54,972 nucleotides of DNA from Folioceros fuciformis (taxonomy: Eukaryota): assembly GCA_049999805.1 (NCBI GenBank), contig JBNGIO010006379.1:856177-911148 (forward strand), written 5' to 3'. Below the pieces are notes generated by a model that saw only the letters and a list, made by a program, of their open reading frames with translations, searched no databases and had not been told where the DNA came from. Below, in pieces: positions 38,104-51,469 of the stretch (position 1 is the stretch's first letter; every line of letters starts with the position of its first letter). A program made the translations under genes and the position numbers.

Positions 38104-40790
38104 ATGGCGGTCGCGGCAAGGAGGGCAGCTCTACGACTGTCACGGTTCCATGTCGCCAGCTCGCGGCTACGTTATGCGTCTACGGCGGCAGCCAAGGATG
38201 ATGGTGTCGAAGTTTTCGTGGATGGGGAGCCTGTCAAAGTTGCGAAAGGCATGACGGTTCTCCAAGCTTGTGAAGCTGCTGGGGTGGACATTCCTCGCTT
38301 CTGCTATCACCCGCGGTTGTCCATTGCCGGGAACTGTAGGATGTGTCTGGTTGAAGTGGAGAAGAGCCCCAAGGCTGTGGCCTCCTGTGCCCTGCCAATT
38401 TCGGCAGGTAGTTTGGAAAGCACTGGACCTAGAAATTCATGTCAACGTATGCGGGTTGCATAGCCGGTGCCCTCACTTTTGTGGTTGGTTCCGGCATTGT
38501 GGTAGGCATGAAAATAAAAACCACGTCGCCGATGGTGAAGAAAGCTAGGGAGGGAGTCATGGAGTTTTTGCTGCTGAATCACCCTCTGGACTGCCCGATC
38601 TGTGATCAGGGAGGCGAGTGTGATTTGCAGGACCAGTCCATGGTGTTCGGTTCTGACCGTGGCCGCTTCATCGAGACCAAACGGTCAGTCGTGGACAAGA
38701 ATTTAGGGCCATTGGTGAAGACAGTTATGACTCGATGCATTCAGTGTACAAGGTGAGTTGACCTGAAGCGCAGCAGAGTATTTGTGGTCTTGGGATGATG
38801 TGGTGCCTAACCTTCTTGCTACTTGGCGGAAGTGCGGAGTTAGATTAGCTGAAAGAAACTGTGATGTTAAAACTAATGTTTGGGGGATCACTAGCGTAGC
38901 TCTTACCCGGGTGATAGGACTGATTTCTGTGATTACAGGATGCACATCTGCTTTTCTTACTTCCGACCGTCCTTGCATTCCCTCTGTTCAGGTGTGTGCG
39001 GTTTGCGTCCGAGATTGCAGGGGTTCAGGACTTGGGCGTGCTGGGACGGGGTTCGAGTGAAGAGATTGGTACTTATATCGAGAATTTGATGACAAGTGAA
39101 TTATCAGGCAACGTGATAGATGTCTGCCCTGTTGGTGCTTTGACTTCAAAGCCTTTTGCTTTCACCGCAAGGAGCTGGGAACTGAAGAGCACTGAAAGCA
39201 TTGACGTTACTGATGCCGTGGGAGCAAATATAAGAATCGATAGTCGAGGGCCAGAAGTTATGCGCATTCTCCCTCGGTTGAATGAGGTACATCACGGTAG
39301 ATTCTTAGGCTCTGTGTTGCTGTTCAAGACTTCTTTCTTTGAGTGAGATTCCTTCCTGTTGACCGCATCATCGGTTTCCCTGTTTTAATGTTGCAGGACG
39401 TGAATGAGGAATGGATTTCTGATAAGGCAAGATTTTCATATGATGGCCTTAAGAGGCAGAGGCTTAATGAGCCAATGATTCGCAATTCCAGTGGTCAACT
39501 GCAGCCTGCAAGTTGGCATGACGCTCTTGTAGCAGTTGCTCAGGCCGCTCACAGTGCAAAGCCAGAAGAGATGGCGGCTATAGCTGGCAAGCTTGCTGAT
39601 GCTGAATCAATTATGGCTCTGAAAGATCTGCTGAATAAGTTGGGATGTGAGAGGATGTGGTGTGAAGGAGATGGTGATGCTGCTGACGCGGATGTGCGCT
39701 CTAAGTTTCTGCTGAACTCAAGCATATCGGGAATTGAAGACGCAGACGTTGTGTTGTTGGTTGCAACAGAGGTGAGACGCGTATGGTGAAGACCTGCTGT
39801 GTATGTCAATCTGAACCGAACGATTTTTAGTCTTGCTGATTTGTAGGATTTGTGCAGGTCAGGACTGAGGCTGCTCTGGTAAATCTGCGACTGAGGAAGA
39901 GTGTGAGAGCAGGCCGGACTAGAGTTGCAGCCATTGGTCCTCCTGTGGACCTGGGTTATAAATATGAGCATTTGGGCGCTGGCACAGAGACTCTGGGCCG
40001 CTTAGCTGAAGGTCGCCATCCTTTTTGTTCTGTTTTAGCCAAAGCTAAGCGACCAGCGATCATTGTTGGAGGTGGGGTTCTGCAACACAAGGACAAGGAC
40101 GCAATTTTGGCTGCAGTGCAGAGTATCACAAATCACGCGAAAATTATAAGGAAAGATTGGAATGGGTACAATCTATTATTGTTAAATGCCGCACAAGGTG
40201 CAGGGCGGGATCTTGGTTTCGTAGCTTCTTCAAGGGCTGTGAATGAGAAAAGCAACCTGAAGTTTCTGTATCTACTCGGAGCTGATGAGTTGAATCCAGA
40301 TGAGATCGCCCGAAACGCTTTTGTAGTGTACCAGGGTCACCATGGAGACCGAAGTGCATATCGTGCAAATGTCATTCTACCTGGAGCTGCTTTCAGTGAG
40401 AAGGAGGGGATTTACGTAAATGTAGAGGGTCGACCCCAGCTGACCAGCCCTGCAGTTCCAACTGTAGGTGATGCTAGAGATGACTGGAAGATTATAGTTG
40501 CTCTTGCAGAGATTGCTGGCGTGCCGCTGCGTTACAACAGCTTGAAGGGAATTCGAGCTCGCATGGAATCTGTTTCACCTCATTTGTTCAAGGTTGATGA
40601 GCTCGAGCCAGCTACTCCTTGGTCCAGCAACGTGCAGGCAAAGTCTTTCTCCAAACTGAAACTGGCACCCTTCACCAAGGCGATTGACAACTTCTATATG
40701 ACAGATCCTATCACACGGGCATCAAGAGTTATGGCGCAATGTAGTGCCCTGCTCCTGAAGCAGAGAGCTGAAAATAAGGCTCAGCGATAG
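38104..40790 (+). CDS. NDUFS1: Mitochondrial NADH dehydrogenase 75-kDa Fe-S subunit; exons 38104-38407, 38506-38752, 38992-39286, 39397-39771, 39858-40790
   Basis: [70 protein letters not shown] and [11 protein letters not shown]; presequence-like N-terminus. Confidence 0.97.
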
Positions 40791-41825
40791 TAGTACCGTT
40801 GTGGAGGCACCTAAGCCTATGAACAGGTTGTGGTCCAAGACGAAAAGGCGTCCAATCTGGGCAGCTGGCTATTCTTTTGTAACAGCGTGAAGTCTCTGTC
40901 CCTAGCTATGCTGCCTCGACCGTGTAGAACAGGATGGTCCTGGCTGGGACGATTTAGTGACTGGCCTAAGAGAGTTGTCCTGCTAGTGCGTAGGACGTGA
41001 GACATCGGATGATGATTTGTCGTGGAGGTGCGCACGCCTGGTAGAAGTAAAAGATTCCAGTTTGTCACCCCCCGAAAAAAATGGTGTGAATTCTGGCTGG
41101 TGCACAATTTCTGAGAAGATAAGTGGATGACACTGCACCATCGATTTTTGCAGTGACGTTCCGAGTGTGATCCGTATGGTTTCACGCCTTCCTTTTTTCC
41201 TTAGAAAGAAGGCCTTTCTTAATTCTACTGGTACGGGTGATATATATTATATTAAATGAATATATATCTATATATAGACACGTACAAAGCGTATAGTAGA
41301 AAGCTTGCTGGGTGATGAGGTGGTTCCCTTTAGTACAAAAGAGGGGAATGAAAACTTTTATGAGAAGCAAGAGAAGATGGATGGAAGCTATTCTGCTTAG
41401 TGGAAATCAACTAGATACAAAGTTGTTTTGCTTACTAGAATGCTTGTTTGGTGATAAGCTGGATACAAAGTTATGCAAGAAAGCTTGATTGATGACGAGG
41501 TAGTTCTCCTTGGATGAAAGCTTGTTAGTGAGACAAATAGCATGTAAGCTTGTTCTCGTTAGGCTAGGAGTAAGATTGGATGTAATTCTAAGCTTCTTCA
41601 TGGGTTATTAGTCGTGATCATGTAGGGCGAAATCATTTAGTTTTGAACATGAAAGGTGATCATTCCCAGGGTAATCGGTTTCAATGGTATGCTAACTATA
41701 CCTTTCATCTCAAGTGCTAGCTAGGCTAACTAGGTGAAATGTTCTGGAGACGGAGACGATGTCTTTTTGATATTTAATGTATATTATTTGCTTGTGCCAC
41801 TGCTAGGTAATGCCTAGCTCGGTAG

Positions 41826-41967
41826 GTGAGAGTGTGAAAGAGGGTGCAGGGCAGGACAGGGAAGGCCCGGGCAGGGCAGGGAAGGCCCGGGCAGGGCAGG
41901 GAANNNNNNNNNNGGCAGGGAAGGCCCGGGCAGGGCAGGGAAGGCCCGGGCAGGGCAGGGCAGGGCA
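41826..41967. repeat. 20-bp GC-rich tandem repeat (GCAGGGCAGGGAAGGCCCGG) spanning a 10-N gap
   Basis: Read directly. Confidence 0.85.
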
Positions 41968-43184
41968 CATTCCCAAGGGTAGCTCAAGGGGGTGGCGAGG
42001 TCGTGCGGCGTGGGGGCTGCCCCAGAGCTGCCCGCGGGCAGCGCAGAAAGGGTTGTTACCCTAATATCCCGCTACAGTAGGTAGCGAGTGGCGGGCGCCG
42101 GGCACCTTCTTCCTGGCGTGCATCGCCTGTCTTCCCCCTCCCTCTCCCTCTCCTTCTCCCTCATCTCGCATTCACTCACTTGTCTGGACTCCTCTCACAG
42201 TCTTCTCCTTCTCTCCGCCTGAGGCCTCTGTGGTGTGCAGTGCAGTGCAGTGCTGCTATGCCTTCCGTCTCTGGCTGAACGTGTGCCCCCCCCTGCCTGC
42301 TGCCTGCCTGACCTTCCTTTCCTTCCCTCGCTCGGCTTCGTCCCGAGTCCTCGCTCTCGAGAGCCTTCGCTCTCTGGCTGTCTCTCTCCCCCCGCCTCCC
42401 GTCTCCCGTCTCCCGTCTCCCGCCTCCCGCAACCCCCCCGCCGGTGCCACCCTTCCTTCTCTCCCTCCCACGCGCTCGGTCCCTTTCCTTGCTCGCTCTG
42501 GCTCTGTTCCCTGTTCGGTTGCCGTTGCGCACCTTGTCTCATCTCCTACCTCTCTCTACGCCCTCGCGCTCCGGCCGCTGCCGCTTGCATCACTGGGAGA
42601 GAGACGGCGCCTCCCTCCCCTGCAGCACCACCGGCAGCGGTAGCTCGCTCTCCTCGCTCCGCTTCTACTGTCTAGTAAGATATCGTGTCTCGCTCCAGTC
42701 CTGGGTCTGTGCTGGTGCTCGAGAAGGCAGTCTGGACTGCTCCAACACACAACCTTCCTCTTCTCTTTCTTTGCTGCGCTCGCCCTCCCCTCTTCTCACT
42801 GCGGCCCAGCCGAGCCCAACCCAGCCCAGCTGCCCTGCCCAGCTGCAGGTGTGTGCCTGCCGCACAAGTCCAGTGCTCTCTTCTCACAAGTGCATTGCCC
42901 TCTTCTCTCTTTCCTTTTCCCGGGTGGTCTCCTTCGACTGGACTGGAGTGGACTGGAGTTGCCTGGACCTGGACTGCTGCTCCTGCTCCTGCACCTGCCG
43001 GATCGGGGAAGCTCTCTCTCTCTATCTCGAGGCCGCCCGCGAGTTTGCAGCACCCATCCGGCAGTGGCGGCAGCTGCGGCCTGCTCGGGCGTCCCTCCCC
43101 CAGCTCCAGCTCCAGCTTCGGTTGCTCCTCTCTTCTCTCTAGTTTCCTTTCTCTCTAGTCCTGCCAGTGACTGCCGCCGCCTTC

Positions 43185-44369
43185 ATGGAAGATGAAGGCA
43201 AGCTTATAGCACAGCACCGGAAGCCGCCGTCGCTGCACAGCCATGGGCTGCACCCGCACGCTCTGCATCCGCAGCAGCACATGCAGCACCAGCACCTGCA
43301 GCAACACCACCAGCACCAGCTCCATCAGCAGCACCCTCAGCAGCAGCAGCAGCACCAGCAGCACCACCACCCGCAGCAGCAGCATCATCAGCAGCACCAG
43401 CACGCGCAGCACCAGCACCCGCAGCATCAGCACCAGCACCCGCAGCAGCATCAGCATCCGCTCTCGGATCACAATTTCCTGGCGGTTTGCGCGGAGCGGG
43501 ACGCCCTCATTATGCAGCGGGACACTGCGGTGGCGGAGAAGGAGGCGGCCTGCGCGGAGCGAGACGCGGCCATCCTGCAGCGGGACACCGTCATCAATGA
43601 GTACAAGGTGGTGGTAGCGGCTCTGGATTCCCTCAAGGCCGAGAGGGATGCGCAAATGCAGGGACGGAAGCGGTACCCGGAACCGTCCACGGAGGGATCC
43701 AAGCTCTTCCAGGCGGTGGACAACTGCTCCTTCTCTGACGATTACGATCTGCTAACTAACCGATCGGCTCCCATGGGAATGGGCATGGGCCTGGAAGCGG
43801 AGCCCATGGCCAAGCCAACCAAGCAGGCGGCTCCTAAAGAGGGGGGTAAGAAGCACGCTCGGTCAGCCACCCCCGGCAAGAAGGCGGCTGGAGCCGGCCA
43901 GACTCCTAAGCGCAGGAAATCTCCGGGGAAGAAAGGGCAGTGGCAGGTGCAGGACGGCCAGGAGTTTCCCGACGGTGTTAAGCTAGAAGAAGGCGCAGAA
44001 GGGGCTCCCGACGACCAGCAGCAGCAGCAACAGCAGCCGCCGCCTCCTCCGCCCAAGAGGACCGGGGTCTATGATAGTGCAACCACCCCGATTCCTTATT
44101 GCTCTTGCACTGGGGTGACGCAACAGTGTTACAGATGGGGGAACGGTGGCTGGCAGTCTGCCTGTTGCACAACGTCCATGTCGCAGTATCCTCTGCCCAT
44201 GAATCCCAAGAAGCGCGGGTCGAGGTTGGCTGGAAGGAAGATGAGCGCTGGAGCATTTGAAAAGCTCTTGGAAAAATTGTCGCTGGAAGGTGTGAACATC
44301 AACTACCCGGTTGATCTTAAAGAGCACTGGGCGAAGCATGGCACCAATCGGTATGTTACGCTTAAGTGA
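43185..44369 (+). CDS. BBR/BPC GAGA-binding transcription factor, class II-like (394 aa), no intron in the CDS
   Basis: Alanine zipper [33 protein letters not shown]-terminal [29 protein letters not shown]...[20 protein letters not shown]-rich tract. Confidence 0.95.
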   Translation: MEDEGKLIAQHRKPPSLHSHGLHPHALHPQQHMQHQHLQQHHQHQLHQQHPQQQQQHQQHHHPQQQHHQQHQHAQHQHPQHQHQHPQQHQHPLSDHNFLAVCAERDALIMQRDTAVAEKEAACAERDAAILQRDTVINEYKVVVAALDSLKAERDAQMQGRKRYPEPSTEGSKLFQAVDNCSFSDDYDLLTNRSAPMGMGMGLEAEPMAKPTKQAAPKEGGKKHARSATPGKKAAGAGQTPKRRKSPGKKGQWQVQDGQEFPDGVKLEEGAEGAPDDQQQQQQQPPPPPPKRTGVYDSATTPIPYCSCTGVTQQCYRWGNGGWQSACCTTSMSQYPLPMNPKKRGSRLAGRKMSAGAFEKLLEKLSLEGVNINYPVDLKEHWAKHGTNRYVTLK

Positions 44370-44973
44370 ACTCTCCTACATATATAACTATGCAGTAGTT
44401 TTCAAGCTTGTAGATCAAATTCGCGATCGTGCACCCTTGTACCTGCTTCCTGATTTGTACCACAAAGATGCAAGTCTGGTGGTGGCTTTTCGCATTTCAT
44501 GCACACTTCCGGCACGGGGAAGGGACTCAGGTGTAGGGGCACGGATGATAGTGCTGCTGACCTATCTGTCTGAAGTAGAAGAAAGATATCCAAGACAGTT
44601 ACCTCATCTCCTCAGGCGAGGCACACTTTATTCATCTGTCACTCAAGTGTTTTCCGTTCCCAAGAAAGTAGTAAAGACGCCGAGGAAGTTCCCCTCACAA
44701 TTCTTGTAACTGGTGCACCACCTCGTGTTGCGGGGTAGTTTGAAGGCAGTGAGCAATGGGTTTGGAACACAAAGTTCAGCAACTGAGCCTCCACAGGAAA
44801 CATATGGTTCAAATAATTAAGTGGTTGCGGGAAGGCTCTAAGATAATGGAAAACACTTGCCTTCATATCTCTTCCACGGATTGCCTACCTTTGTTTCTAC
44901 TTGAGGCTCCGGGCACATCTTTAAGGAAAAGTTCTCCGCGTATCACGAAGCCCCTAACACCTTCAGCAACCTA

Positions 44974-47900
44974 TTAGATTTCTGCGAGGAAAGGAACTTC
45001 TTGCGACTTTCCATCGCTTTCACCTTGAGCCATTCGGCTGGGCCCCAGGAGCTCATGACCCTGCGGAGGTTTAAGGACAAAGCCTTGCACAAGAAACACG
45101 GTGAGAGAGCATGAGTGAGAATTCACATCGGCACCGCATGCAATAGGTTCATCTCCATGCGACAGTCTTCGCATGTAACTGAAGTACACCAGGTAGGGGA
45201 GCAAGTTGTGTGAACATACCTATGGACCAAATTGCCGCTGCCACAAAATAGACGCAGGTAAGAACCAAGGCCGTGAACCGCCAATCTTGCGCCCAGTCCT
45301 GAAAAACAGAACCAGCAATGTGAGGAATTGATGTCGGAGCCATCCGCGGACTGCATAGACAGTTTGAGCGTATCTCCCCACCTGGAATTTGCCGACAAGT
45401 GGTGATGAAGGAACATCTCCAAAGACATGGATGAGAACAGTGGACATGGCCATCGCCAGCGGCCTCATTTCAGGAGACACACTTCCTATTGAGATTTTAT
45501 TTACAGGTCCCTACAGACATGCGAAGGACAGAGACATTCGTGAATAAGGTTGCTGGAAGACTACAGGAACGTTTTGGGTTTGGTTAGTCAGGTTTTACCT
45601 GGGTCGCAAAAAGGAAAAATTCTCCAACACCAAGCAAGAGTATGAAACTCCAGACAGCCTTTGATAGGAATGCAAATATGCATCCCACTCCTCCAACAAA
45701 CGTGACAACTGCGAGAAACTACCAGGAACAAAAACGCTTTAACATCTATGAGCGTTAAAAAATGTCAGATGCAGTTCAGCATTAATCTCTGGAGTGAGGG
45801 CTATAACAGACCTTAAGTCCATTGGTCCCTGTTGAGCCAAAGTAGTCAAACAAAATCCCACCGAATACAGTTCCAAAGACTCCAGCCAGAATTGTTACAA
45901 CGCCAAACACAATATCGGCATTATCCTGGGAACCGGAAAAGTTCCAGACGCCTTCGTCAGTCACGAAATTTCAGTACGAAGTAATTGCTACATATTCACC
46001 CGGGCTTACAAGGTTGTAGATGGCTTGACCAGCTTTTGGACCCCAGTATGAGTAAGCACCCAGGACAAAGTTGAAGGCAACATAACCTAGCGAAACAACG
46101 AGAACGTCACACTACGCATATAGTAAAGCATTCTCCTTCAAGATGATACTGACAGGCTAATTCACACCAAACACAAAACAACAATGAGATCAAAGCTTCA
46201 GCAAATAAGTTTACAAGTACCGAGGACATTGGTGGCATAAACTTTGCTACTGAAAAGCACCTTCAAATCAACGAAAAGATCCAACCACCAAGAACAGAGG
46301 CGCTCCCACCTGGAAAAAGTGTCAAGATATGGACGACATGCAGATGACGATCTAGACCAAGCTACAAAGCTGCTCGGCAAAATTTCTACGCTTGTTAGCT
46401 CTGCACTAGCTACAACCATATCTCCAACTCACATGCTGGTCCCCTTGCTTTTCTCAACAATTGAATCCTCCGGACCACCCTCCAAAGCAATATGCACTGC
46501 AAGTACAACAGGAACTGGGTAGTTAGAAAAAGCTGCAAAAGAAGGTGATTGTGACTTTCTTTCTTTGTAAAACCTTGATTAATTAGAAGATATGGCTAGG
46601 TCAAATAATTTAATACATAAGCCCGTGCAGTTGCCACCATGAATTACAATTTCCAACATTCATGTATTGCGGATGTTAATATCCTAGTTCGGCTCTAACC
46701 TGTCAGATGATCCAAATCCGAGAAGTCAATGTGTAGAAAACTTGAATTGAAGTCTGAATAGTATTGATCATCTAGTTAATTTTCTTTCGGGACAAAATCC
46801 AGTCGTCTAGTTATGTTTCAGCCAAAGTTAGGAAGCAGCAGTCCAGAGACAGAAGTCATGACTGATTGGATTGCTAAAGGTTAGCACAACTGATGTAAAT
46901 TCCAACAACCATGCACTCTCGACTTAAACAAAAAGGCAGCTGACCTTTCATTTGGAGGGGTTTTGAAATGAATCCAAATACAGCAAATGGCAACATGAGC
47001 AAAGCTTCAATGAAAAAGGCAGCACGCCAGTGTAATAGGCCACCCACCTGCAGATAGTCCCCCAAGTTAGAACATCCATGATAAATAAAAGCGTTAACTG
47101 CAAACATCCAAATGGGTGAGATCGATTAAGACCCTACCAGACCTCCATAAACGTAGCCAGCTGCCACACCTACTGGAATGCACATGTAGAAAATGGACAA
47201 CCAAATTGTTCCCTGGAAAACCAAAGGTGTGAACTGAGCAGGCTGGCTCGTATGGGCACCTGACAGAAGAAAAGCCAGGACAACTCCATAGTCACGACCA
47301 TTAAGCTACTGTCTATCTATGGCTGGTCCCCTCTGTTATTATCCTTGAATAAAACGTGGCTCGACATCCTGCAATAACACCCAAACCTACAAGGTTCTGC
47401 AGTTTGAAACATCTGCACAGGCTGTTGAAGTATGACGCTAATGTGATCTTAGTACCAATAAAACGAATCTACAACTAGAGATGGTCAAATAGTCTGCAAG
47501 TACCTGGCCTGGGGGAGCAACGTCGTCAATGAAAGGAGCTGCAAGGCTAACAAAAGAGGCCTCACCAATCCCGACCAACCTGCCCACCACCATCTCAATT
47601 CAGCGCAAACCCCAGAGCCATCGACCACGTCACTCTAACTCAACTTACTGTGAATATAGCCATGGACATTACATCCGGGATAACGTGATGGACCAAAAAC
47701 CAACAGATAGCCCGCAGCTAAATGTGGCAATCGTCCAGAATAAGAGGCCAACTCCAATAAGTCTGAATGGATTGTATCTGGTTCAAGATTGAAAGACGAA
47801 TGAGTCCAAACCTTCTCTCTCACAACCTCCCTAAAATCCTGACACCAGATCACCTTTTCGATAGTTGAGCAAACACTGGCGATAGCGCCACAAACCCAAC

Positions 47901-48620
47901 CATGAAAGCGGAAGATATGATGCCATCGTGATAATTATCTAGCCTAAAATCTCCCCTGCCAGGCAGAAAAAACATTGGTGAGAAAAGAAAACCTTTGCGG
48001 AAACACACCCATCGCAGGACCCAACGAAAACAAATCAAAGTGCCTACTGGATACCGGAGCCGCTGAAGCAAGCCTCAGATTCCTGGCATGTTGGATCACC
48101 AGCAACACCGTTTACACCATTGCTTGCTATGGCACCTCGATCAAGGTAATTAAGCAGATTTATCACACAAAATATGAATAGCAACCTGTACACAGTCACC
48201 CCGACAGTGAGTCCACCTTGTGTGGGACAGGACATGCTCAGATGCGGCATGACATCACCCATCCAAGACATCAAAATACCAATTCCGCACTAGCCACGGT
48301 TAGCAAGCTCAGCACAGTATCAGGACAAAGTAGCCATTTCTACCCGCAACGTTAGCCCCAGGTGTGACGGGAAACCATCCAGGCTAGAAATGCACATACG
48401 TTCAACTACTCTGTCTTCTCCTGCTCAATTGCTTCTCAGCTCACAGATTCCGATAATCCGAAATTCAACAAGAAGAAAATTTGCCTTGCCTGAGGCATAG
48501 TCATCGGGAACGGGAAACCGGACTGTACCGCTTAGGCGTAAACCACGATGGTTGATCTGGATGAATCTTCAGAGCAGCGGAATCCCCGTCTGGTGCAGTG
48601 GCATCCTCTTCGTCCGCCAT
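44974..48620 (-). CDS. Spinster-like MFS transporter (probable sphingolipid transporter family), multi-exon
   Basis: PSWFTPKR|LLFIFCVINLLNYLDRGAIASNGVNG, GIISSAFMVG, GEASFVSLAAPFIDD, WRAAF, YSYWGPKAG and RPLAMAMSTVLIHVFGDVPSSPLVG. The 3' exon boundary is less certain. Confidence 0.9.
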
Positions 48621-48814
48621 TCTGGAATCTTGAAATTGTCTGACTGCAGGAGCGGGTCTGATGACCGGCGACTGCGATTTCGCTAACAACTCGAGCGGGC
48701 ATGTGTCGCAGCGTGGTGAGTCGACTTCAGGCGATGCATAGACCCATCACTTGCTCCTGCGCTTGTCGAAGATCAGGCCTCCCCACAGGGAACTTATGTG
48801 CCCGCTCTACCCCT

Positions 48815-50620
48815 TCAGATCAAGCAACCTCCGATTATTTTTGGGCGTAATCCTAAGCTCACTCTCCTCAGACTTGTCCTAACCCTAGGCAAGTGTCTTA
48901 AATCAGATCCTTTCCGCCTGGTGTCGATAATCGATTTCGGAAGGTCGCCGTCTGGGCAATCCTCCCATTCTGAACTAGAGTACTCTCTGTGGTGGACCCA
49001 CTCCAAAAGATGCCCTTGTTTTACCGCATCCAACGTTTCTGTTTTGGAAGCTTCATGCGAGAGCGAAAGAAAGACGCTGTTTAACGACAGGGCCCCGTCA
49101 AGACTCCTTGCGCTGGTAGTTAGGCGAATTATAGCATCGCTTACCTCTCCTCTTGTCCCACCACATGACAGACTCTGGGAAGTGTGGATGCTACAAAACG
49201 CTCCCGCTACTGCGCCTGGCCGCCACCCTTGACGGAAAATGCTTCCCCAGCCATCCAGTCGCTTGTGAGAGTGTCCGGCTGCACCTGAAGGCTTGGTGTG
49301 CCGAAGGCTGACAACTTCACCTCCTGAAGCTTCTGGTAAAATTGATTCCCAGCAGCCCCACAAATTGAGATTTGTTGGGTCCACAGTGGATTTCGTTGGC
49401 ATATTTTGGCCAACTAGAGGGCACCGGAGGAAAGGTCACAACCGACCATGTGCGCTGTGGCAGGGCGGTACGTCTAATTGACTGCCCCAATGTTAGATGT
49501 GCACATTTCCAAGGACAAAAGGTCTGTCGGAAGAGCACGCTAGGAAGGTACAGTAGCTGTGTCTTCATGATAGCCTTAATGTTGCGGCTGCCCTTGCATT
49601 GCTTGCGGATCTCTGGTTCTCGAAGAACAGGAAGCTGCTTGTCACAAGCTCGCAAGCAGGCTGAAGCCATATGAGATTTGCTACGTGCTTCCATTCCCAC
49701 GTGGTCAAATACATGTGCACATGGGACCACCACGTGTTCACATGGCTGCTCAGGGAGCTTTGCACCGTCCAGAGCATGTAGCATCATCCGTTTCAGCATC
49801 GTCGCTTTCTTCTTTTCTGGACGGGGGCTATTTCATCATTTGGCTCCTCTTCCTTGGATAAGCTGTCATGGATGTTACCAACTGCAGCAAAAGATTGCAG
49901 TACATGAATAGAAGTGCCCAGTATTTTCACCAGCCAGAGGTGTACGCTTCTGGAGTCTTGTCGCTATCAAGTGCCCTCCACAAGAGTATGGAGGACTGTT
50001 ATCTAGCCCGTATTTCACTGTGTGATGCTCAGGAATTCCGTCGGCATTTTCCCGGTAACTCTTACAGGTATCATACTGCTCGGGGTCGATTCAAACGTAC
50101 TCAGTACTCGGATTCAAACCCAGTGACGACCAAACCAATCCCACAGACTAGGATTGTCATGACCGGATCTCCTTCTGTCGAACAAGCTGCTGCAAGCTTT
50201 GTGGGATGCTACCGGTGAGGTTGTTGAGCCCAAGATTCGCAGTGTTTAACAGTGAAAATCTTCCCAGAGAGGAAGGAATCGCACCCACAGATGATTGCCC
50301 AACCCAACCCTGCAGGTGCAACTCGGATACGCGTGAGAGTTGCGGAAAGGATTCTGTGTTCGCGCAGTGAAGTGATTGTAGCTCCAGGCGAGCCTCTCCA
50401 AGGTGGTCCTGTACCCTACGAAGAGGGCCTGTGAGAGAATTTACGATGGCCCCAGCCGGGACGTGTCCGAAACATCATTTGAGCTAAAACGACGACTACC
50501 CTTGGGACAACCTGCCGGAAGCTTGGCGATGCTGCCAGTGAGCTAGTTGTCCGCAAGAGACAAGGAGGTGGGTGGAGAGTTTCCCGAAAATGGGGGAATC
50601 GTCCTCTGCAGAAGATTGCG
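48815..50620 (-). pseudogene. Decayed LRR receptor-like kinase, truncated within the kinase domain
   Basis: LSLADN*LTGSIA, TTLERLAWSYNHFT and LNNLTGSIPQSLQQL, then kinase-like GGEVVS, KTETLDAVKQGHLL and EDCPDGDL in RLK order, with many frameshifts and stops. Confidence 0.6.
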
Positions 50621-51469
50621 TCGCATGTCCGAGTGAGAGCTATGCGAAGGATGCAGGAATTGGCTGCGTGAGGTTGTTGTGGTTTTCGTCTTCATGGTCA
50701 TGTACTCGGCTAACATGCCGGCTGGTACCCGGCTAGCGTCCGTGGGCTCCAAGCCCTGCTTGATTGAGGATCCTACTGCACAAATGTTGCTGCCTTGTCC
50801 ACAAATCTTCACCAACACGTATGGGTGTGATGTCAGTACTGGAGGCTTTGAATGCATAGTTGGAGCCCGTGCATCAGGTTCCTGAACTGGCTGGTTTGGG
50901 TCTCCTACTTCGCAACTTGTCTCATACAGCTGTTTTTGATTTTTGAGAAGAATTAATAGAACGATAGAGTCTAAGATCGGTCGAACAATTGATAGAAAAG
51001 ATTCATTTTGATCATAAAAGCTCCATGGACTCTATTCCAGTTATTAGTAGAGTACGCAGATGGTGATGAACTGAAAGATGCAAACCAGGTTGACGTAATA
51101 ATTAGCCAGACAGATAAGTGAATGCAGTACAATTCTCTTAACGGACTCAGAGATTTAAAGGTTAAGAAGTTTCTGGAAATAGTTTAGGATGCACTGACTA
51201 GTACCCAGAAGGTTCTCTGCCTTGTTTATTATGATCACCTGCAGGCTCTGTAGTCTCATAGTCTCTAGATGTGGGGTGGAGTGTGAGACAGCAGTGAAGC
51301 TGAGCTGACCTACATTTTCTTCCATGACCGGAGAACAGTGACCTGAGTTGAGCCTGGAGTTGTGGAGAGTGCTTTCTTGCTTTCTTTCTTCTTTGATCAG
51401 CTTCTCACCATGAGTCATGGGATGGAACGTCTGTTACCATTTGAGCTGAGGGACAAAATTTTGAAGCCG

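Noticed and set aside
42176-43195. Multiple ORFs upstream of BPC
   Set aside because: CT-rich leader and intron sequence, mostly non-ATG starts, low complexity.
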